NCBI RefSeq assembly: GCF_009914755.1
Contig: NC_060934.1
DNA length: 64,000 bases
Reading direction: 5' to 3' (one strand)
Origin: the human T2T-CHM13v2.0 reference genome, Homo sapiens
In this document: piece by piece, positions 56,064-64,000 of the stretch
Position numbering within the stretch: the first letter of the stretch is position 1
Layout: every line of letters begins with the position of its first letter
The notes under the pieces: generated by a model
The model's database searches: none
The model's input: the letters and a program-made list of their open reading frames with translations, nothing else
What the model was told of the DNA's origin: nothing
Translations under genes and position numbers: made by a program

Positions 56064-56795
56064 AGACAGGGGATGAACTTGAATCAATGAAAACTCCCAT
56101 GCACTGCTTGTGGAAATACAAAATGATACTAATATGCAAAAACAGTATGATGATTTTTTTTAAAAAGTTAAACATATACCTACCATGTACTCTAGCCATT
56201 CCACTTATAGGTGTTTATACATGAAAAAATTAAATCATATGTCCAAACAAAGACTGTCCACAAATGTTCATAGCAGCTTTATCTGTAATACTCTCAAACT
56301 GGAAACAACTCAAATGCATATCAACAGTTAATGGATAGTGAAATTGTGATATATCCAGACAACAGAATACCCCTTAATGACAAAATGAATAATCTTTAAC
56401 ACATGCAACAACATGGAAGAATCTCAAAATAATGATGGCGAGTGAAAGAAGTCAGACAAAAATGTACATACTGTATGACTCCATTAATAATAGAATTCTA
56501 GAAAATGAAAACTAATCTGTAGTTCAAAAAGCAGTTCAGTACTTGACTGGGGGCAGAGGGTCATGGGGAAAGGTTGGAGGGTTACAAAAGGTCACAAGGA
56601 AACTTTTGGGTGTGATGGATGTGTTCACTATCTTGATTTTGTGATGGTCTCTTGGGTGTATACGTATGTCAATACTTATCAAATTTTATACATTTTAAAT
56701 ATACATTTTAAATATGCATATATTTAAAACGTATACGTATACATTTTAAATATGTGTACTTTATGTAAAATACACTTTAATAAAGCTGTTAAAAG

Positions 56796-58970
56796 TCAAT
56801 ATATGAGAAATGGAATATAAAATTTTAAAAATATAAAGTTTACAATAGCATTAAATAACATGAAATATATCAAAGTAAGTTTGACCAAATATGTGAAAGT
56901 TCTTGCTGGAAACTTTAAAAAATCTATTGAGAAAAATTAAAGATCTAATACATACTGGGATATATCATCAAAAGATGTCAAAAATGTCAACTGTCTCCAA
57001 TTTTAATCAAACCACAAACTCTGTGTTTATGAGTGTGTGTGTGTGAGTGTGTGTGTGTGTGTGTGAGAGAGCGAGAGAGAGATTCTAAATGAATTGTAAA
57101 AATAAAAGAAAGATCAAAAATTGAACTATCTGAAGAAGTGCCAGATGGGAGGATTTGCTCTAGTAAATATCAAGACATATTTGTAAAGACACAGTAGCTA
57201 AGACAGTCAAGTATTGTCACAAGGCTTGTATTAGTTTGTTTTCATGCTGCTAATAAAGACATACCTGAGACTGGGCAATTTACAAAAGAAAGAGGTTTAA
57301 TGGACTTATAGTTCCATGTAGCTGGGGAGGCCTCACAGTCATGGTGGAAGGCAAGGAGGAGCAAGTCACATCTTACATGGATGGCAACAGGCAAAGAGAG
57401 AGAGCTTGTGCAGGAAAATTCCCATTTTTAAGACCATCAGATCTCATGAGACTTATTCACTATTGCAAGAACAGCATGGGAAAGACCTGCCCCCATGATT
57501 CAATTAACTCCCACTGGGTCCTTCCCACAATACGCGGGAATTATGGGAGCTACAATCCAAGATGAGATTTGCCTGGGGACACAGCCAAACCATATAAAGG
57601 CTATACCGTTGGAACAGAATAGAGAGCTCAGAAATAAACGTATGAGTATTTGGACACTTGTTCTTGACAACGTTGAGTAGTAGAGCAGTGGCGGTCTTTT
57701 TGATAAATGATACTGTGTCAATAAAAAAAATCACAATTGACCCCAATCTTTCACCATATGCAAATATTGATGGCAGGTGGATTGTATTAAGCTATAAATT
57801 CTGGAAGATCATACATGAAAAATATTTTTATGTTATATAGAGATTTCTTAAACTATATGAAAATTATTGTCAATAAAGGAAAAGATTGAGAATTCAGGTT
57901 ACATTAAACGTAAAAACTTCTGCTCATTGAAAGACACAAGAAAGTAAACATGCAAGCCACAGAGCAGAAAGATTTTGCAGCACATGTAACTGACAAATAT
58001 CCAAAATATAATGAGCTCCAAAAAATCAGGAATGTAAAAGACATAGGATCCAATAGCTAAGAAGCTTTAATTGGCACTTTTATAATGAGGCTACCCAACT
58101 GGGCAGTAAACTTATCCATTTTATAATATTATTAGGAACCAGGGAAATCCTGTTTAAAACCACAGTGATATAACACTACTCTTTCACCAGAATAGCTGTA
58201 GTGAAAACAGCAAGTACCAAGTGTTGCCAATGATAGAAACACTGGAATTAACTCTCTAACACTTTGCTTGTGGGAGTAAAAATTGGTACAAGCACACTGA
58301 AAAGCATTTTGGCCTCATCTATTTAAATTAAACATTTACATTAATCAATGTAAATTCGTTATAGTATAGTAATTTAAATTAAGCATTTAAATCAAGCATT
58401 GTGATCTGCAATTCCATTTCTTGGTGTATACCCAAGGAAAATGTGTGACTGTCATAAACAAGAATGATCACTTCAGGATTATTTTTCCTTGTCCAAAACT
58501 GAAAATGACCCCCAAACCATCAACATGATAGTAGATGTGCTTGTCCAGTGACATTTATATTGTTATGAAAATAAATGAATCAATGCTCTGCTCAACAACA
58601 TAGTTGAATGTCACAAACAACGTTGAGGGAAAGAAGCTAGACTTTTAAAAATGCTTATTGTGTGATCCTATTTATAGAAAATTTAACAAATAGGCAAAAC
58701 TTTATTAAAGAATTTAGGGATATATGCATAGGTAGTGAAGCTATAAAGAAGATCGAGGGAATGAATACTACAAAAGTAGGCAGAGTATTTTTTCCAGTAC
58801 AGGTCAGCAGGAATTTCGAGTGAGATGCAGCAGAAAGGGAGTACTGTAGATCACCACCACTGTTTTATTTCTTGAACACTGAGGTGTTTACACTGGTTTT
58901 CAGTTTATGGTAATTCACTGAATTCTATATTGATATGTTGTATACTTTATTATACATGCATTATTTTTCA
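56796..58970 (+). mobile_element. Ancient L1ME ORF2/3' region (probable continuation of the outer element)
   Basis: Decayed ORF2 motifs (tacattaaacgtaaaaacttctgctcattgaaagacac; caattccatttcttggtgtataccca). Confidence 0.7.
57227..57597 (-). mobile_element. THE1B/C solo LTR
   Basis: Full LTR; 5-bp TSD AGGCT. Confidence 0.9.
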
Positions 58971-58995
58971 CTTTTTTTTTTTTTTTTTTTTTTTT
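58971..58995. repeat. Poly-T run (~25 nt)
   Basis: Read directly. Confidence 0.9.
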
Positions 58996-61022
58996 AGGTG
59001 GAGGGAGAAAAGAAGCTATGAAAATCAAAAGTGTCTCAGGTGGAAGTGACCTCAGTGGTAGATTTCTAGGTAAGGCTGACTTCTCATCCTAAAGGATCTT
59101 CTCCCTACACTGGCTGTTTCTTTCTACTTCCTTCTGAAATATAATGTGCAATTTCACCAATTATAGCTTCATTCTGCACGCTAATCACCTTTTGTAAAAA
59201 GGCAAATGCCTCTGTTTGTTTGAACGGCTGTCATCACAAATCTCTTGTTCCCCTATTCCAGAGTTCTGTCTAACAAGTCTACAGTAATTCCTTTACATTA
59301 TGGGTTAAATCACCCTTCCTAAACTAGTCAGGAACTCAACCGTCATTTAAAAGTGACTTCTGTAGGGATTAAATTCAGATTTCAAAATAAAATATGTGAA
59401 TATGATCTATTTGTCATTTTGGGAATGCCTATACAGTGACTGGTATGATATACAGGAGAATTGACAGGACTTAGATTCTGACTAACCAGGCTCAGGTTTT
59501 GGTTCTACTCATTTTTAGTTACTTTACTGAGAGAAAATTATGAAACCAGATTCCTAAGTTGTAAAATCTGGGTAAAAATACCTATCTCCAATAGATGTTA
59601 TGGGGTGAAAATGATATAAAACGTCAAATAAATATGTGAAATCAAGATTTCAAATTCACAACAGCAAAAATAAAATTAGATGTAAGAGATTAAGACAGAC
59701 AAATGAGAATGTCATACAGGACTAAGTCATTGCTGTGGTTAGCTGGCATTCCTCAAAGGGGAAGTGTTCTGAGCAACTGCCTTATAATCAAATCCCTTTC
59801 TGTTATCCTTAAAGACTCAGAAAACATCCACGGAGTACTCCGTACTTACCTTTTGGCAGCCTTTGTGACTCGATATGTATATTTTCATCCGAACTCCTCC
59901 CCTGTAATTTCCACAAAGGCAGAGATAAGTGTCTGGCATTTAATCAAGAACAAAATGTTTGTTGAATTTGTTTAACTCTACTTGAACCTTTCTACAATCT
60001 GAACCGCATCTTGAGATGGAATGATCTGTATACACCCTCCCTATCTGCTACCTAAAGTCTGTACTTTTATTTGTCCTATAACTATATTGTGTATATTCAG
60101 AGTGTTTTTCCTAGATTTAGAATATAGGGAAGATGACCTACATAATTTGAAACCATGCTAAACATTGAAGAAAGTTTTGAGAATTTTTCTTTCAAGTTCT
60201 CAAGCATGAGGCAACCTATGAAGTAGCTAATTAATTATTTATATATAGCATTTGGTATTTTTTTTTTAGAAAGAGATATTAACTTATCATGGACTATACA
60301 GCCTAAGTCTCTACAAACTGATAAAAATCATGCCAGTTTTCAATTCTATTTGCCCAGATTTCTGTGCACTGAGAGCTTCCTAGCCGTGACTTATGGGGTA
60401 TGCTGGGTATTGCCAGTCATTCGGCGGGAGTCACAGCTGGGGGCCCACATGGCAAACAGTTCCACGACCTTGTCCTCGGTAGCTCCATGCCAGCCTGACC
60501 AAATGGTTTTGCCATAGACATAGAAAAGCAGGGGAGGGAGCCACACCGATACCCTATTTGTCACAATAAATGTATCCTTTCTAGCAAGCATGGCAATTGC
60601 ATAACTAGATGTCACAAAATAAAAATGTTTAACTTTTATATTCCTCCAAAACTTCGATTTCAAAGTTCCTGGTGCAAATAACCTACACCTATTCATTGGC
60701 CATGGAGATGGCCTAAGGTCCTTTCCTCCTTGCTGCAACTACGCAGAAGAATGTAACAGTATTGTAGCTCAGCATCTCTGCAGGAGATATAACAGCAGGG
60801 ATTGAATTAGCTCAGAAGCTATTGGGCTGGGGTCTGGTGCACCAATCAGAGAAATCGAGGAATCAGCAGGACATTCCAAGTGGCCCATTCTTCTGAGAAA
60901 TTCGCAGTTGTCTCCCTGGAGCTCTTCCCAGAGAGCCTTCAATATAGCTATTTAATTTATTATTTGAAGTTAAATCAGAGGGCTACTTAAAGCTTGGATC
61001 CTGGCTGTGAGTACTGAATTAA

Positions 61023-61382
<360 letters not shown>

Positions 61383-61384
61383 TA

Positions 61385-61523
61385 TTTTTGTCTTTCCTAG
61401 TTTTTGTAGAGACAGGGTCTTGTTATATTGCCCAGAGTGATCTCAAACTCCTGGGCTCAAGTGATCCTCCATCTTGGCCTCCCAAAGTGCTGGGATTACA
61501 GGGGTGAGCCACTGTACATGGCA
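61385..61523 (-). mobile_element. FLAM_C/AluJ left monomer
   Basis: ctcaaactcctgggctcaagtgatcctcc. Confidence 0.85.
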
Positions 61524-63119
61524 CAGGCATACCTTTCCTATCATACAAATCTATTTATTACTCTGTCCCCAATGGATGGCTTACCTTTTAGCTAAGGAAT
61601 GAGAAGGGAAGAGAAAAGGGTGAAAGAGAGCTGCCTCTTGGGGATTATGGTTTTTGTACATTTCCTGGAGATTATTATTTTTAGTTTTTGTTCACACTGA
61701 TGAAATAACCTGGTTGTGTTTCTATTGTTTCGGTCCAAAGGGTCAGGGGAACTTGTAGATAGAAGGATGGCTGGTTTCATGGTGACCCAAAATTAGCCTG
61801 GACTTCAAAGAACTTCCTCTTTTCTCTGCATGAAGAACTCTTTAAAGAAGTCCTTTTTCCTTTTACAAGGTGAATGCTTCAAAGCACGTGGGAGGAGTAT
61901 TTCCTTCTCAGTGTTTACCTTTCAAAGGTGAGGAGTTCACAGACATTTCTCTGTTTGTACAGTAGAATCCAGTCGTTGGTTTGGAGGCGAGGGCTCTCTG
62001 CGGTCCTCTCCTACTGTCAGGAGCTTCCCGTGCTCATTTTTCATTTACTGATGCACTAAAGGAGCTGTGCCCGGAACCAAAAAAAGCTGCATTAAATTCC
62101 TCTGGAGTATATTTCTGTCAACATTGTATATCCCTAAAAAAAAGAACTTGGTCCTGTTTTTCAAAGCCTTCTTTCTCTCACAGGTTACAAAATGTTCACG
62201 GAATGGCCAGAAATGACAGGCAAAGTGGATGTGTGGGGAAGTGCATATATGTTCTCATTCCAGATGGAGGGAGAATGATTATAAAATAAAGTAACAGGTT
62301 TCTAGCATATCCACTTGGATTTATACACTCAATTAATTATGACCCCCTCAGTTAAGATAACTTTGGGATGCTCTACAAGATATTCAATAATGTGCAAAAT
62401 GGTGAAATAACAGCTTTGGAAACATCTTGAAATTGTATTCAGGTCCCTTAGGACATCATTTTATACTATTTTTAACTTTATTTATAACTTTATTTTATCT
62501 TCTGTAGGAAGCTCTGTGAGAGTGAAGGCAGGAACTGTACCTTATTAGTCTAGAAACTCCCTTTGAGGACTAGAACAGTGACTTGTGCTTTATAGGAATT
62601 TTTTTAAATATGTGGGTTATTTTGCATTCACAAGAAAAATCTCTAACTTCTGAGTTAAATCTGACATTTTGTAACAATTAAAAAGCCCATTTGGAATTGA
62701 ATCTGGTAAAGTACATTATCAATCTTTGTAATATTATCTAACGAAATAAATAGATCAATAAAAATTAATGACAAGAAATATGTATTGATTTGTATGTATG
62801 ATATACATGAAATATGTATTGATGAGTATTGATGATTGAAATACTATGATCATGGGTATTAAAACAACGTGTAATACCCATTGCAAAGCAAATGAAAGAA
62901 AACCTACCAAATGCTAATGTTAAGGTGCTTGGATTATGAATGAATTTTTGGTACATTTATAGTAGGAAAAAGTAAATTCACATTTAAAAAAATAACAAAT
63001 CAGATTTTCTTTTGCAATGAATACATAGTCTCTGCCTGAGGGAAATTATCAGTGAGAAGATCAAAAGTATTTTAAACAATGGAATCAATGTGACAATTGT
63101 GTTAATAAAATGAGTGAGA

Positions 63120-63340
63120 GAGCTGCTATTTACTGACAAATTACTATGTGCCAAGCATAGTGTTATGTACTGCATGCAAATGATCTCTAATCCACAAAAT
63201 ACCCTGCAAGGTAAATATTTTAATTTTAATTTCTATTTTATAGAAACTGAAGTGTCGCGAGAGTAAGTCATTTGCCTGAGGTCACACCTAGAGTATGGGA
63301 TTGGGTCTATGCCTTTTTGGCTCTGAAACCCTTGCCCATT
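63120..63340 (-). mobile_element. MIR
   Basis: ttactatgtgccaagcatagtg..gaaactgaag..taagtcatttgcctgaggtcacac. Confidence 0.8.
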
Positions 63341-63824
63341 CAGTGACATCAGAAAGCCTCTTTCTGTGTCCATTTGGTTTTCCCATTGGCTGAAGGCAAA
63401 TGCCCTAACATGAGAGACCTTTTGCAAACTGACCTGTGTCTCTCAATCCTTTCCCACTTTCCCCAGCCAAACTGGCTGACTCACTCTCTCAATGCTCTTC
63501 ATAGACATTCCCATGGTATGCCCTCTTCCTCCCAGGGCCTGCAGGATTCTCCATCCTTTTATACCCACGTATAACCAATTCAAAATCTCCAAAGCCATCA
63601 AGATTCTTGGGCCTCTCCAGTCTGTGGAATCGTACCCACCTTTGAATTTTTATTGACTCTGCTCTATTCAACTGGCAGTGGCTTAATGGCAGCCCTTATA
63701 TTTTCTCATATCACAATTCAGTGTTTTATGCATGTATAGTTTTCTCTTTGCAATTGGAATTTTCTTTTCTTGAGGTCAGCATATATATTTCATTTATTTT
63801 CGTATTCACTGTGGCAGCACAAAA

Positions 63825-64000
63825 GGGGTAAGTGAACCGAACATGGAGTCCGTGAATCAGAGGCTCTACCACATCGGAATTATGTGGTCATGAACAAGTC
63901 ATATCGTTTCTTTACATTGTAGTTTCCTTATCTGTAAACTGTGGCTAATAATACTCAGTACTTCATAGATTTGTTGGGAATATTAAACAACATAATAGAT
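63825..64000 (+). mobile_element. MIR
   Basis: agtttccttatctgtaaactgtggctaataatac..ttgttgggaatattaaa. Confidence 0.75.

Larger units (their letters stand above)
51526..56795 (+). mobile_element. Fragmented L1ME1-like element (ORF1, ORF2 pieces, 3' UTR)
   Basis: ORF 51771-52175 resembles L1 ORF1 (TTPNHITFKLL..KILK..RRQWSNNFK); ORF2 remnants at 53.1-54.65 kb; L1ME1-type 3' UTR ending aataaagctgttaaaa. Confidence 0.75.

Overview
Primate, very probably human, non-coding DNA (intron or intergenic). It is AT-rich, CpG-depleted and roughly half interspersed repeats: about 20 Alus (J, S and Y types), many MIR and L2 relics, a nested old-L1 block at ~50-59 kb, MaLR LTRs (THE1, MST, MLT1) and hAT/mariner MITEs (MER58A/B, MER45, MADE1). 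I recognise no protein-coding gene, RNA gene or CRISPR array, and the ORF track is explained by repeats, microsatellites or chance. The most notable signals are: (1) three or four short local templated duplications, several with slippage-type junction repeats, one of which copies an Alu/TSD/flank junction into a MIR; (2) a CpG-enriched segment at 39-40.5 kb with a minus-strand GC-box/TATA/splice-donor arrangement (candidate alternative promoter or first exon); (3) a CR1/L3 relic whose reverse-transcriptase motif is still readable; (4) an MST>MADE1>SVA2-like>Alu nest; (5) a homogeneous 25-bp VNTR built from perfect 22-bp palindromes. I cannot support a claim of a new biological system. Repeat subfamily calls come from recalled consensus sequences, and coordinates were read by hand and are approximate.
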